Below are positions 1 to 12,699 of a DNA stretch of 64,000 nt, piece by piece (within the stretch, counting starts at the first letter, position 1; each line of letters begins with the position of its first letter). The notes under the pieces were generated by a model. The model ran no database searches, was not told the DNA's origin, and saw nothing but the letters and a program-made list of their open reading frames with translations. Both the position numbers and the translations under genes were made by a program. Source of the DNA: Glycera tridactyla (Eukaryota). The stretch spans positions 47,554,001 to 47,618,000 of the forward strand of contig OZ286468.1 in NCBI GenBank assembly GCA_965644265.1. The letters run 5' to 3'.

Positions 1-435
1 GAATGATTCCTCCCCTGTCAGCTACTTCCACTTGACAACATTCCACGTTCCCCACCATCCCGTGTTCAGGGATGGTGAAAGTCATGCCTGCACGTGGTAG
101 AGCATCTGGCTTAGATGGCATACATAATCCTCTGGATTGGAACATACCCACCAACCGAAACTAACCAATCTACAATCTCAATTACACGGGCGTCTCAATA
201 TAGCTCAGACGTTGATCGTATGATGTGAACTGTATAGGCTACAGGATTTGTCCATTCAAATCCGATCACGAGAGTCAAATTACCATATCAACCGGCTCAG
301 AAATGACACATTGAGTGTCTGAATTTCATAAATCACTGAAGAGGGGTGGGAGTGCCCCAGATACTCCACTAGCAGGCTAATAAAAGCTTGTAAAGCCATC
401 AATGGGAACAAGATCGCCAAAACTGGCAAACTCAC

Positions 436-521
436 CAAATATAACGACGTTGAGATAAAGGTCACCGGCCATTCGGTCAACCCCAAATGCGAGCCCGTAG
501 TACATGCCCGACATCGAAAAC
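436..521 (-). CDS. SLC22 gene A exon 7 (86 nt)
   Basis: aattaccag|(W)FSMSGMYYGLAFGVDRMAGDLYLNVVIF(G)|gtgagt; same length as exon 7 of gene C. Confidence 0.9.
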
Positions 522-3500
522 CTGGTAATTTACGTAAGATAAGATATGGTTATTTGAATCCTTAACGGAGAAGTCACATCTGACACATCTTCCCCGTTCA
601 GTGAATAAACAACTGTATTAGTAGACACAAAACAGAAGTACAGTCGAACCTCCTCTAAAGACCACCTCTCTATAAAGACCACCCTGAGCGGCAACCGTGG
701 TAGTATTTTCAACAGTAAATGACTTCCATAAAGACCACCCACCCCCCTATAAAGGTAACTTTTTGATGCTACCGAAGACCGTCTTCATAGAGAGGTTCGA
801 CTGTATAAGAAATATAGAACTTCCAATTTCAAGAGTATGCCATGACTGACATAATGCGGACATTCTAAAATGGCCTTACGGCGTTGAGAAACTAGGTGAA
901 CTAGGCATGTATGCCGAAAAAAAGGATGCCTGATAACACACATCTCCTCTGCTGGTGAGTGTGAGAGAAATCAATCCGTATGCCACAATCATCCAGTCCA
1001 CCAGCTTCTCACTGTGTCGAAATAGCAAGGATGGGGAGATCTTACTCTCAAAACCCAATCATTGAACATGTGGATTTCACTCATGAATCACTAAATCATG
1101 CAATCAAACACTTTAATGCCTCTGAAGATTGAAATGCTTCGATGTATATCCATAATGTACAATGAAACATCAGTTTAGAATGAACAGAAAAAGGTAGAGA
1201 GTATTCATATCATTAGGGGTGTCAAACCTGATGGCGAGCCAATATCGATCATGGGCTTGCAAGAAATTTCTAGAAGTAGGAGCCATTTTCTTGCAAGAGA
1301 GATGCATAAAGAGCTATCCAAGTGGTCTACGCAAAGCAGACAGGCTTTCACAACAACCATACAAGATATCATGGGAATCGGGGCAGTTTATCACTTTCAA
1401 TCGGCTACCCAAAAAAACTGTTGAAATATGTTCCATTTTTTGTCATCTAAACTGCAGTCCCAAACGAGAGTGGTAAAAACAAGGATGCCTGCAAGGCAGG
1501 CATCCTTAAAAATGGGTCCTAGCTTTCATATTGAGTACAATGTATATCATAATCAGTGAACAGATTGTGTTGGCCATATGTGCTAATTGAACATGCAAAA
1601 TAATTCAACACCTCAAACGATCTGCTGTCAAGATACAGTATATCATGCAAGATACATGAATACCATCATATGACATTCTACGTTGCGGCGTTATGTACAA
1701 TAAGAAGTCGTTTACGTTGCATGACTGATGAGATCAGGTTACTCACCACCACCATCACCCAGAAGGAGAAGTCTTGGCTTGCCCCACCCATGCCCATCAC
1801 ATCATCATCGCAGAGATCGTCTCTCACTGGCTGAATGAACCTAACCTTCTGAGATTGTTCTGTCATTGCTACCCATGTCATTTGTCTGTTAATGGGGGGG
1901 GGGGGGGGGGCTGTCATAATTTCACTTTGAAACTATTTGGCAGTTGGTGATTTTCTTTTACCAGGATAGGAAAAGCGCAGATGATCTGATGATAATTTCG
2001 CGAGATTTGATGAAATCGAGCCAAGTTTCTCCCTGATCAGTGCCATCACCCTCCTCCTGCAAGAGTATGATCAAAACAGATATTATTTGTGCAAATGTAA
2101 TTCCGAGCGCACAGTTGGTCCCAACTCTCACAGCATGTATGCAGGCAGAAACACTGGATTTCGCTAAAGCTACAAGCTACATACGTTGCCAAAATATAAA
2201 TATGGGAGAGACGCACAAAACAAAATTCAGACCAATGTTTCCAAAGACGCAATTCACTGAATTATACTCCGTCATCTCACTTACAATAGCCACAATCTAC
2301 AAAGATCCAGCTGAGAATCACAATCTAGTTCCAATCTGTATAAATCGCAATTTGTTTTTTTTTTTGATGGCGATGTGGAGGCCCATTGAACCAATCATAT
2401 CTTCATATCGTAACACAGTGGCCGAATATCTGGCCAAGTGGAGGCCATGTGAATAGGGCCAGTCATTTCCTGATAACACGGAATTTATCACTATGCATAG
2501 AATTTCGCGGAAATGCCGATAATTTGTGCCTCGTATCAGAATCAGTTGGGACGGTGTCCCTACATTTGTTCATGGTTCATAATCGTTCATTATCTGACGA
2601 CGATGGAAATAATGGAAGGAATTGGTTGCAGATAAGAGACCTATTTTTTGTGTATTCCCTGTGTAATGGCTTCATCACTGCATAGGTCGGCAAGCTAGGC
2701 CATCCTATCGACCATTATTGGAACCGTCACCAGGTTAGATTGCTCCCGCTTATGCAAATATCAAAGTTAAATCGAACCTGCTCGTGAGGTCACCTCTCTA
2801 TTAAGACCATCCTTTTTATAGAGGACACCCTGAGCTGCGACCATCATTTTCAACAGTAGATGACTGCTATAAAGGTCACTATTAAATGCGACCGAGGATG
2901 GCCTTCATATACAGATTCAGGGTTGTACCCAGAGGGGGCATGGGGGCATTTCACACAGTTTGTTGTGTGATGGCCCCTTTTCAAAGCAAATTGGGGCCAA
3001 GATGCATAACCCATTCGTAAACAAAGGGGTTGCACTTACTCCATATGGAGCGAACCGATTTTGAAAGATTTTGTGGAGGAATGCCCCCTTTCCCGAAAAT
3101 CCTGGATGCATCCCTGCAGATTTGACAGTGGTTACATTGAGTACTGGGGTGCCAAGCTGAACTTCCAGCCCCTTACAGCACCACCGGTTTCTGGTGCAAT
3201 TAAGGGTGGTCTTCGTAAAGAGGTTCGACTGATTATGGTGCACATCACCTAGGGTAATTTAACACAAATGTGTGAATCCAGAAGGCTGAAAGGCAATTTG
3301 CCCTCTGTTCAGTGTACCGAATTCGGGGCTTTTTGACTTTTCGCCTTGGTCGCCACGCCAAACATGGGCCCCTTAGTTTGCTGTTGTTAGTTTTGTATCA
3401 ACCATTATCCCTGGAAGATATTGCCATGATGAAAGTTTGGAAGTCTGACAGAAGACATTACCTCATTTGGACTAAGCTCAATGCATGATGGGGGTAGTGG

Positions 3501-6500
3501 TTTCTCGTTCCACTTCGCCATATTTTCTATGATAGCGTTGGCCTCAGCTGTTCGACCTTTCGCGAGCAACCATCGCGGAGACTCAGGAAGGATACTGGAA
3601 AAGAAGAGAAACAAGAAATTTCTTCAAAAAGAAGAATGGTCGTCGATCTACAGCGGAGAGGTGGTAATTTAAAAGGTGAAAATACATGAAATGGAGGGAG
3701 GGATGGGTACGGGCCTATAGAGACCACAAGGTGACAATCAGCCTCCCGTGAACCCGCGATCGCCGTGGGAACAAGCGGTCTCATGTACGGGGTACGACCT
3801 GTCTTGCTTCCCGGGTACGAGCGGTCTCGGTTACGAGCTGTCCAACATTCCCTCGAGAAACATCATCATTGCTAAGACTTGCCGGCGATTACGCTTATTA
3901 TGACTTGTCTTAGTAAAGAAATGAGGTCTTTCATACCCAGCCGTGCATAACCCATGTATAAATTGCGTGAATCCATCGTATTCTCGCCAGAAACAGTGAA
4001 TTATCAATCGAATGGCAACCTCTTCCCTGTGCACCATGTTTGCTAGCTGTTATGACGTCACTGAGGGGTTTCCCCAGTATTGGCGCTGTCTTTGGCCACC
4101 GTGTGTCTCTTTCCATTAAATATTTCTCCTTCCCAACGTTCTCACGCAGTTATACATCTACAATATTCAAGTTTAGCAGCATTTCATGGAATCCCTAATG
4201 TCTCTCACACAAAGCGTTCATTTTGCATGCAGTATTGGTTTGATTCTAATGATTCTATAGCAGCCATTTACAAATGGTTGCCTTCATACTGTGGGAGGTG
4301 AACCTTGTCAAATCGCTCCAGAAAATGGACGATAGTATGGTCTATAATGGGAGGGAGACCCAAACCGAAAACAGTACCGTCTCCGACGGAAAAAGACCAT
4401 TTATAAGGCTTCAAAATCTTCATTACTAGAAGGGGCGTATCTCAGATGCATCTTTCCTAAATAATGCAGACTTGCAGCAATAAAAGAAATGACACCTCGA
4501 GTGTCTGTGAATCTCATAAATTTTCGCCTTCTGTTGGGGACCCAGAAAGAGGAATCTTGATAACCATTGGGCAGGGACTTTGTGAAGATGTAACCTACGG
4601 TGAGATGACCTTTGAAGCAGGGATTCCGACATTGTGGATAAATAACACATTGTCAGGGTGAGGAGAGATAGCCACCCACCTGCCCGGGGCAGGTAAATTT
4701 TCCTGGTGGGCAAGTACAAATTCATTATAAATGACTTGCATATATAAACAGGGCAGGTTGACTTTCTAGTTGGGCAGGTTAACTTTTCTGATGTATTCTC
4801 ACCCTGATTGTGCAGGGAGTCAGTCGAAGTATGACCTTGTAGAAAGTTGGCCTTTGGTTCTGTAGAGAGATATCCCTTGGGTCAGTGCCTTTGTAGAAGG
4901 GTGACCTTCGGGACAGACGTCATAGTCAGGCGAAATTTGCAGTATAGCTTGGGTTGGTTTGTCTACTCACAAGAACAGAATGAGGAGAGGGGCATGGAGT
5001 GCTGTGTAAGCCAGCTCGACGTTACGCCAACCTCGTATGAAGTAGGCGACACCTGGTGTCAAAAAAGCGAACCCAGTTGTCCAGTTCAGATGATATAATA
5101 CAAGGATCCAGGGTCGAATGCGAGGTCCCACAAGCTCCGTCGCTGTAAAAGAATATCAGAAATAATTGACACATCGAGTGTCTGTGAATTTCATATCATT
5201 CCACAGCCCGTTTGGCACCTAGGACAGTGAGACCATTTTAGAGATTCTCATAACTGCGGAGGGGAGTCCAGTGTCTTTATAGAAGGCAGCAACCTAAGGG
5301 CATGGGACATCGGTTTTTAAGTAAAGCCATCGGGGATGGGATGGCCTAGGGTTGGAACCATCCTTTTTCTTTTCCTTGATAACTTATCTGTCTTCAGGTA
5401 CTTTCTCCCAATATTACACTATCATCAGGTTTTCTTTTTAAGAATGGCTCTGCCAGGCTTTATGCAGGTTATCACACAGAAGCAATGGCAGCAGCAGGCC
5501 AAAAAATTGTGTGTATCCAGTGTTGGCTCACAAGAAAATAGTCCCCTCATGAATGCTATAAATTAGAATCCTTGTGTCAGTTGATGGATGGTGTTTGAGG
5601 CCTTAATGGATATAGATATATCAAGCAGTTTTCCTGAATGTGGCTTTGGCCTTGAAAGAGTTGATACATGAGTGCAAGTACTTGAGGCTTGCACCATATT
5701 CATCCTCCATCAGAGGTGTGAAGTGTCATGCTGCTGCTGATGGGAGACATTATCATAAAATAGCTATGGTGACATACATTATCAGAACTTTCATCATATC
5801 TCTCGACCTGGTGAATAACCAAATACAGCATGTAATACAAAGAAGAGACCATCACATCATGAACAAGCAGAATCCATGTCAAGCATATCAAAAAGCATGC
5901 TAATGAAAGCAGGCCCAAAATATCAAATGTTAAGTTGGTTCTTGCAGTTCTCACTAATGTCTCTGTCTAAAAACAGTCAAAAAGATGGGTCTGTCAAAAC
6001 AATAGCACTCTGAAGTATCCACCGAACCATATGCTGTCTTCCTGCCATCATATTCTGGACCTAACTATAGGTGGTGACCTTGTGAGGGGGAACAGGGATG
6101 GCAGCATATAGTAGGTAAACATCCACAGATCACAGGCTGTGAATCTACCAGTTGACCTAGATGTTCTGATAGTCCTCACCCCCACCCCCTTCCCATTCAC
6201 ACAGACTCTGATCTCTCATCCAGCAGACTAGTCCAGCCAGGAAAACATTCAAACATCCTCCTGAATCTCTTTGTACCAACATGAAAGTGAAAGTTGAGGA
6301 GAGAATACAGTGAACCTGCTCTGCTATTGGTGAAAATAATGGGTATTCCCATTATTTTTGGTCCATCTATATACAGTGAAACCTGCTACGAGAGACCCCT
6401 CGACGGGAGACCACCTCCAACGGAAGACCGCTTTTCCAGGGCAGCTATTCTATTTGACATAGTCAAATATACCTCTGATGAGAGACCACCTCTTTTGAGA

Positions 6501-8446
6501 GACCGCTTTTTGGTGACATTTAGGGCGGTCTCTCCTCGCAGGTTTCACTGTATTTTGTTGTGTAACCTGTGACGAAAGACCTCATGACAAGAGACCACCT
6601 CTGAAGCAGCATTTGTGAAAAGTTTTCAGGCTTGTCAGACAATTTGTCAGACATGAATTTGCCCATCGTCTGACAATTAGCTGTTTATGTCAGACATTTC
6701 GATTCCCTATTGATCAAATTTGAGTCATCATGTCTGACAATTTGTCAGACAGAATTCTAGATTACGTCTGACAACTGAGAGTCCTTGTCTGACATGTCAG
6801 ACGTCTGACAAGTTTTTGCGAACACTGCTGAAGGGAGACTGCTTGTCAGATATACCTCCAAGAGATCACCTCTTTTTAAGATAACACAATTAGGTGCAGG
6901 GTTGCATCCAAGATTTTCAAAATTGGGGGCATTTTTTCCCATGAATTCAGGAAAGGGGGGCTTTTCTTCAGAAAATCTCCCGAAAGGGGGGCATTTCTTC
7001 AGAAAATCTCCTGAAATGAGTTCGTTTGATATAAAAAAGAACAGCCTTTGTTGATTTAGGGGGCATTTTGGCCCCTGATTGTTGTGAGAAGGGGCCCAGA
7101 GTCAAGGGGCCCTCCCCCCCCCAATCAAAGGTTTTCCTGTAGTTGTGATTATGTTCTTGGAGAGGAAGGGAGAAGAAGCATCATTTGCATTCGAAATATT
7201 ATATGGTCTCAGATGCTAAGAGATTTGAGATCCAAATGCCAAGTCCATAATATAACACCGGCTTATATCAATTTCAATGCAGTGGGACATGTGAATAGAG
7301 ACCACATGGATGCATCAATGGTTTCTAAGGATAGGTGGCTCTTGTATTATGATCGGTTAAGAAGTTTTTCATTCAAGCAACATTTATACGATAATTCATG
7401 TGATAATCTCCCACACTTCAATAAAGTTAACTCGCCACTCAAGATTCCAATGAGCTTCAATGTCAGAAATACTGCTGCTGTCTGTATCAATAGGTACTTC
7501 TCTCTTGTCAACCTTCAGATTATTTGTATGGGTTACCATTCAATGAAATTGTATCATTTATGTATTTATTGCCCAACGTGAGGTTTTGGGGCTATTTTCA
7601 TATTCAGAAAGGACAGGCATGCTATGGTATTGGTGCCATTCTTTCGGGGCCTACTGGCCTAGTTCTTTATATTCATTCGTTATATTTGTAGGCCATGTGA
7701 GTTAGTGTCCGTGCCACATGTGCGTATAAGATCCACCACTTCTTGTCGATTATTAGGGGCAGTGATTGATTGGTTGACTTCAATGGCATGTATCAAGGTA
7801 ATATAGCAAGACTATATGGCCGTGAAGTAAAAACGCAATACCAAACTCTGTGTGAATTTCACCAGATGTCACGAGGCCGAAGGCTGAGTGATATCTGAAG
7901 AAATTCACACAGAGTTTGGTATTGTGTTTTCACCTCACGGTCATGTAGTCTTGCTTTTATCACATGGGTTATGGTAGAAATCATCAAAAAGTAGTTCTCG
8001 CTCAGCTGTGAAGTATCACACGCAATACTCAACACCTGATACTTCACTGAAAATGGCACATCCATGTGATAAACAATGACACATTTCAAGTGTTTTTGAA
8101 CTATGGGTACGGGATGTTCTGTCGCTGCAGGCCTCTTTCTCATAAGCCCTATACTCTCGCAGGATGATGTTGAACCAGGACGGTTATCAAGTAGGTGTCG
8201 CTGACTGTTCATAACGATATAGAAATAAAAATAAAAATGACCACCAACCTAGGATGTAAGCTGTGAGGGAGTTGGAACTATGTGTAGCGCCAATGAGCAG
8301 TCTTGTGGCGGCATGCATGCCGTAACTAACGCTGAATGCACTGATGATGCGCGCCACCACGCGGATGGAGAAGGCCACCAAGCACGTGATACGTCGGCCA
8401 AATCTACAAGATGGCAGTCAGTCAATCAATCAATCAATCAATCAAT

Positions 8447-8508
<62 letters not shown>

Positions 8509-9989
8509 CAGACAGGTATCTGGCAGGTATGCTTATCATGACACCGTGAGTATCTGTGAATTACATAAATTTCCACCTTCCGTTAGGGACCCAGAAGGTG
8601 GAGTCACCACCACTACCGCAACCGCCACCACCACCACCATCATTATCACCAGCACTATCACAACCAACACCACTATCACCACCATTCTGGATGACTGACC
8701 TGTCTGAAGCGAGACCACCGAGCGATACACCGAGCATAAAACCGATCATATATATCATTTTGGTCGTAGAAACGAGTAACTTACGATCACAGACCAGGTC
8801 AAACTGGAAAATAAAAGAGGACTTACAGTCACGATCGGGAATGCCAAAACCTGTCAATTCAATATCTGATGGTTAGGTTTATCACACTAACTTGTTTGAA
8901 ATAAACCTCAGTCTTGAATAGTCCCATCAGTGCCCATCGTAGAGGATAGCAGCATTTAATTCCAGGAATTCCCACCGGTGTATATCACTTTATTGACACA
9001 AGTTGGCACTGCTGCGGGTGACCTCCATTTTCTTATTATATCACTACCATAAAAATCTGTGTGTATCTGGAGTATAGGCATTTATTTTTTAACAGAGGAT
9101 TATGAAGTCCTTGAAATGTGTTGCCATGGCAGTTGCTACCTCATCATTGGTGACTACACGGTAATCACATTGAAAACGTAGGAGGTTCTCTTCAAGATGA
9201 TATATTGGATGCTGGATCCTGTCTTGTTAGATAATTTGTACCCAACTGATCTGGTCGTGATTATTATAAGGTGTCCCTTAAAACAAATTGAATAATTTTT
9301 ATCCTGTTAGGAAGTGTATCAATGATACAACTTCCCTTAAAACAGGAGCAATTACCATTTCTGTCAAAAGGTACCAATTCGTGACATAGTATGAAAAATA
9401 GTGAAGAAGACAATATATACAAAAGTACAGCATTGCTAATTGTTTAGATTTACAAGCGGGATTTCGAGACACATGTGTCGTGAGTGAGCGTACCCCGGGA
9501 GGTGTCGAGAAGACGTTAAGAATACTCAATCAATCAATCAATCAATCGATCGATCGGAAGGGAGTGCTTGCGGTTGGGTGACATTCCACTTACCTCAGTG
9601 ATAAGTGTGGAAGTTCGCACGCTCTGACCGTACGTCCATTCGTCGCATTTCACTTGGAGTTCACTCGTCTTATTCCCGCCAAGCACGAAGCATGTCTCGT
9701 TCCTTCCGGGCGGTAAACCGTTCGTCCAGGACACAGGGGCGCTGTCCGCTGTTGGCGGGAGCACACTTCCCGGCGTCATCCCCGATTCAGTCGTATCCCT
9801 GGTGGCATTCGTCCAGGGAGGCTGGTCATCCTCCAGCACACAGTAGAACTCGGGCTTGTAGCCGGTGAAGCTCATCTCGATGGTGTCAGGTACGGCGAAG
9901 AAATCATAAAGCAGTACAAGAAAGGTCATCACCTTCTGATAGCGACCATATTCGCCTACATGATTCTTTAGTAGATCGTCGAATTTCAT
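436..9989 (-). CDS. SLC22-family organic cation/anion transporter, gene A (7 coding exons in window; 3' exons lie off the left edge)
   Basis: Exons 9989-9594, 8803-8700, 8403-8249, 5142-4971, 3594-3462, 2056-1962, 521-436 all have AG/GT boundaries and consistent phase. The joined protein has the SLC22/MFS motifs MKFDDLL..GEYGRYQ, FDLVC, SDRFGRR, ELVGP, PESPRWL and YYGL. Confidence 0.93.
641..803. mobile_element. Tc1/mariner-like MITE
   Basis: TIR cagtcgaacct...aggttcgactg flanked by TA on both sides; internal aaagaccac repeats. Confidence 0.85.
880..1480 (-). mobile_element. Degenerate LINE RT fragment (same family as 45355-45960)
   Basis: Strong nucleotide similarity to 45355-45960; remnant of the SRGVRQG..LSP.LF..YM motif (TSRGDVCYQASFFSAYM). 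Confidence 0.55.
1962..2056 (-). CDS. SLC22 gene A exon 6 (95 nt)
   Basis: ctcttgcag|EEGDGTDQGETWLDFIKSREIIIRSSALFLS(W)|gtaaaa; homologous to exon 6 of gene C. Confidence 0.88.
2770..3232. mobile_element. Same MITE family, interrupted by a nested CAGGG-terminated element (~2915-3117)
   Basis: tcgaacctgctc... and ...aaagaggttcgactg ends; inner element cagggttgtacccag...ctggatgcatccctg with cagatt on both sides. Confidence 0.6.
3462..3594 (-). CDS. SLC22 gene A exon 5 (133 nt)
   Basis: cttttccag|ILPESPRWLLAKGRTAEANAIIENMAKWNEKPLPPSCIELSPNE|gtaatg. Confidence 0.92.
4654..4806. mobile_element. hAT-like MITE with 5-bp TSD
   Basis: attgt|cagggtgag...ctcaccctg|attgt; internal gggcagg repeats. Confidence 0.75.
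4971..5142 (-). CDS. SLC22 gene A exon 4 (172 nt)
   Basis: cttttacag|ATELVGPRIRPWILVLYHLNWTTGFAFLTPGVAYFIRGWRNVELAYTALHAPLLILF|gtgagt (not in the ORF track; translated by hand). Confidence 0.92.
6374..6550. mobile_element. Related Tc1/mariner-like MITE (cagtgaaacct ends)
   Basis: TA|cagtgaaacctg...caggtttcactg|TA; internal gagaccacc repeats. Confidence 0.85.
6606..6830. mobile_element. MITE-like element with ~10 tgtcagac/gtctgaca motifs
   Basis: Imperfect ~23-bp TIR (cagcatttgtgaaaagttttcag vs cagtgttcgcaaaaacttgtcag). Confidence 0.5.
8249..8403 (-). CDS. SLC22 gene A exon 3 (155 nt)
   Basis: cttgtag|FGRRITCLVAFSIRVVARIISAFSVSYGMHAATRLLIGATHSSNSLTAYIL|gttggt. Confidence 0.92.
8700..8803 (-). 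CDS. SLC22 gene A exon 2 (104 nt)
   Basis: ttttccag|FDLVCDRKLLVSTTKMIYMIGFMLGVSLGGLASDR|gtcagt. Confidence 0.93.
9594..9989 (-). CDS. SLC22 gene A coding exon 1 (TM1 + large extracellular loop)
   Basis: MKFDDLLKNHVGEYGRYQK...CDEWTYGQSVRTSTLITE, then donor gtaagt. An acceptor (ctctctgttgcag) 42 nt upstream of the ATG implies an upstream non-coding exon. Confidence 0.93.
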
Positions 9990-10051
9990 CGTGAAAGTGG
10001 AGGATTACTACTGACGAAATGTTATCATTGGCTGCAACAGAGAGAAAGGTG

Positions 10052-10270
10052 GTTTGTTTGTTTGTTTGTTTGTTTGAGTTTAACGTCACTTAAACCCGCT
10101 TGGCTTATATCGGACTGAAAAATTGAAAATGCTGAAGAAAGAGTCACTGCCTGCCGGGGGCCGTCCCTACTCTTTGCGAAAGACAGCAGTGGATCTTTAA
10201 CGTGCGTAGAGCAAAAGGCTCCTAAATACACGGCAGGCCTTTGATATCCCAGTCGGCATGCACTGGGTTA
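10052..10270 (-). mobile_element. SINE, same family as 14660-14992, 5'-truncated, just upstream of the gene A exon-1 acceptor
   Basis: ccctactctttgcgaaagacagcagtggatcttt core; (TTTG)n tail at 10053-10076. Confidence 0.6.
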
Positions 10271-11383
10271 GAGAAAGGTGGACTTTGTGAGAGAGGTTGT
10301 TCAGAGATTACAGTCGAACCTGATTCAAGAAACGACACGTCGAGGGTTTGTGAATTTCATAATTTTTCACCCCCTTCGAGACCCGGAAGGAAGAGTATTG
10401 AATTATACTACCCAACACCGTGGCATGTTCGTCTCAGTATGGCCTAAATGTCCCTTATGAGACGTAAAACAATCAACAAACCAATCAGTCAGTCAAACCT
10501 ATCCAGAGAGATCATTTTAGCGACATTACAACATGATCTTTGTAGATATATGGCCCTTGTAGAGAGGATTGTTCACAATTGACATATCACAGTCATCGCC
10601 GAGGGTGGCCCTTCTATAGAGGTGGTCGTTTGAGCAGGTTCGATTGTGGATTGGAGTCAGATGAGGCCTACCGCGGTGATTTTGGAAATTCCTCTCATGT
10701 ATCTGGCCGAGTGGAAGCCTAGTGAACGCATCCAAACAGCAGCACCAAAAAACTGACCTAGTGAGAGTCACGTGAACCAATCGCATGTTCATAGAGTGAC
10801 ACCTTGGTCAACCGAAATAACGCTTCGAGTGTCTGCGAACGTCTGATGAGGACCCACGAGGAGGAGTCTTGAACGATCCCATAATGCCCATCGCATGGGC
10901 GTCTCAATATAGCAGAAATGGAGCTGGCGTAGGCAATATAGGTCATGTGTAATAGCATCGCCGCGTACCTAGGACTATTGTGTTCAGATCTCAGCCATCC
11001 TTGTTACTGTGTACTCCTTACCTGTTTACCTGCTTTGAGCTCAACACCAGGGACCCATACCCATGCCGATTGCGCTGGTAATAAGTTGAGAAACAAACAA
11101 CCAGTGACCACTGTTATTTGATGCTGCCAGAATAAGCCGATTTTCACTATCCAATTTGCAAGTTGTGTTAGTTGCTATGCGTCGAGGCGTGTAGTAATAA
11201 CAGAGCTTCTGAACTCGAGCGTCTCCCATCATGGCGTGGACGGACGAGAGACAAGGTGGAGGACTCCCTGCGATTTCAGTAGTGAGCTCTGTATGTCATC
11301 TTCCGCTGTCACGATGGGCCCATCCGACTGGTACTTCACTAAAAATTATTTCTATACGGCCGATTTGTTCCGAGCAGTAACGA

Positions 11384-11561
11384 CAGTCGAACCTGACTAT
11401 AAAGACCGCCTTCGGTCACATCAAAAAGTGGTCTTTATGGACGGGTTGTCTTTATAGAGAGGTCATTTACTGTTCAGAATACTACCTCGGTCGTAGCTCA
11501 GGGTGGTCTTTATAGAGAGGTGGTCTCTATAGAGGGGTAGTCTTTAGAGCAGGTTCAACTG
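11384..11561. mobile_element. Tc1/mariner-like MITE
   Basis: cagtcgaacctg...caggttcaactg; inverted relative to 641-803. Confidence 0.8.
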
Positions 11562-12699
11562 TAGTTCACGACCGTGGAGTGACCCTACCAGTCGAAGGAA
11601 AATGATAGTTCACGATTTTTCGCGCTTCACGAAACCGCTCAGTCGAATGGGCCCAATGTGTGGAAAAACGAGCACTCTTTCCCAGTTTGACTGAACCATG
11701 CACGGCATCTGACGAGGAAACCAGGTTAGCCCATTTCAAGCACGTCTGGCGACATTGACATTCATCACTAGTGTTAGAAGATCCCACCAGATGACATCTA
11801 GAGCATAAATAGCAACAGCTACAAACCTAACCTCAACCAGTGCAGACTCAGATGGCGCTTAGATCGGGCCGCGCGCACACAGGGCCTACATTCACCTCCC
11901 TGTGTTAACTACGGGGTCACCGTGACACTGTTAAGAATTTCACATCAGCGCTGATTGGTCTAGCCAGTAACCGGGTCAATTTCAAGCAATGAGGTCAGGT
12001 CAGGTGCTTGTCAGATAAACAACAAGAGAGGTTAAGTGAATGTAAGTGCGTCAAGTTGCAGCCAGCATTCCCTCTGGTGGCGTGCAGTTAATCGAGTGGC
12101 GTGACTTCAGGCTGTGATGCCTGTCACCAGCTGGCAGCTTCGGAATGAATGATTGAGGCTAATAAAAACCAATCTCAGTCCCATCGCACAGATCCCATCG
12201 GGACGCTTGATTCTCTGTTTCCTTATCTCAACTCTTTCGCTCGGGCTCATCAACGTGAATTTATATGCAGTTTTTTTTTCAGCAGAATAATAGACACCCA
12301 TAGACAGCCACCACGGGTAGGAATTCAACACACTCTAATGGTCCTCAGCTGTCTCATTGTTAAAATCCTGTATTCAGTTACGTATAAGACGTAACAATTG
12401 TAATCAATTTCACATCCAATAGTTTTTATACAACCACCCCGGAACATACCCCTCCTCCGAAACACCCCCACGATACACTAGTAATTTGACCATCCATCAA
12501 TCAATCAATTAAACAACCAATCAATCGATTCTCCCGGCCCGGTGGCCCATCAAGCCCGAAGATACTAGTAAACTTCACCTTGATCACATTTCTCCTCACA
12601 GAGCAGTTTATCACTGAAATATGTCTGAAATGTTCCCGCCAAAGCGCATTCTCCCGCAACGAACCGCCATGCTCGAATTGTGACACCATATTGATGTTA

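Noticed and set aside
1678-1917. 79-aa minus-strand ORF near a gtgagt donor as a possible SLC22 exon
   Set aside because: No SLC22 similarity; the true exon 6 is 2056-1962 and phases already close without it.
3765-3845. Four imperfect ggtacga.c.gtct motifs
   Set aside because: Resembles subterminal repeats of a DNA transposon, but no ends could be defined.
3831-4320. Coding-looking minus-strand stretch in gene A intron 4
   Set aside because: Broken frames and no recognisable motif; probably an old TE fragment that cannot be assigned.
5640-5954. Possible LINE RT remnant (FDNVSH-like)
   Set aside because: Similarity too weak and frames too broken to call.
7084-7581. 165-aa plus-strand ORF
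   Set aside because: Starts in a repeat, has no domain or splice support, and is antisense within an SLC22 intron.
10843-10880. CTGATGA motifs as hammerhead ribozyme cores (also 1724, 19786, 40366)
   Set aside because: No correctly placed stem II followed by GAAA; 10843 is part of the multi-hairpin repeat.
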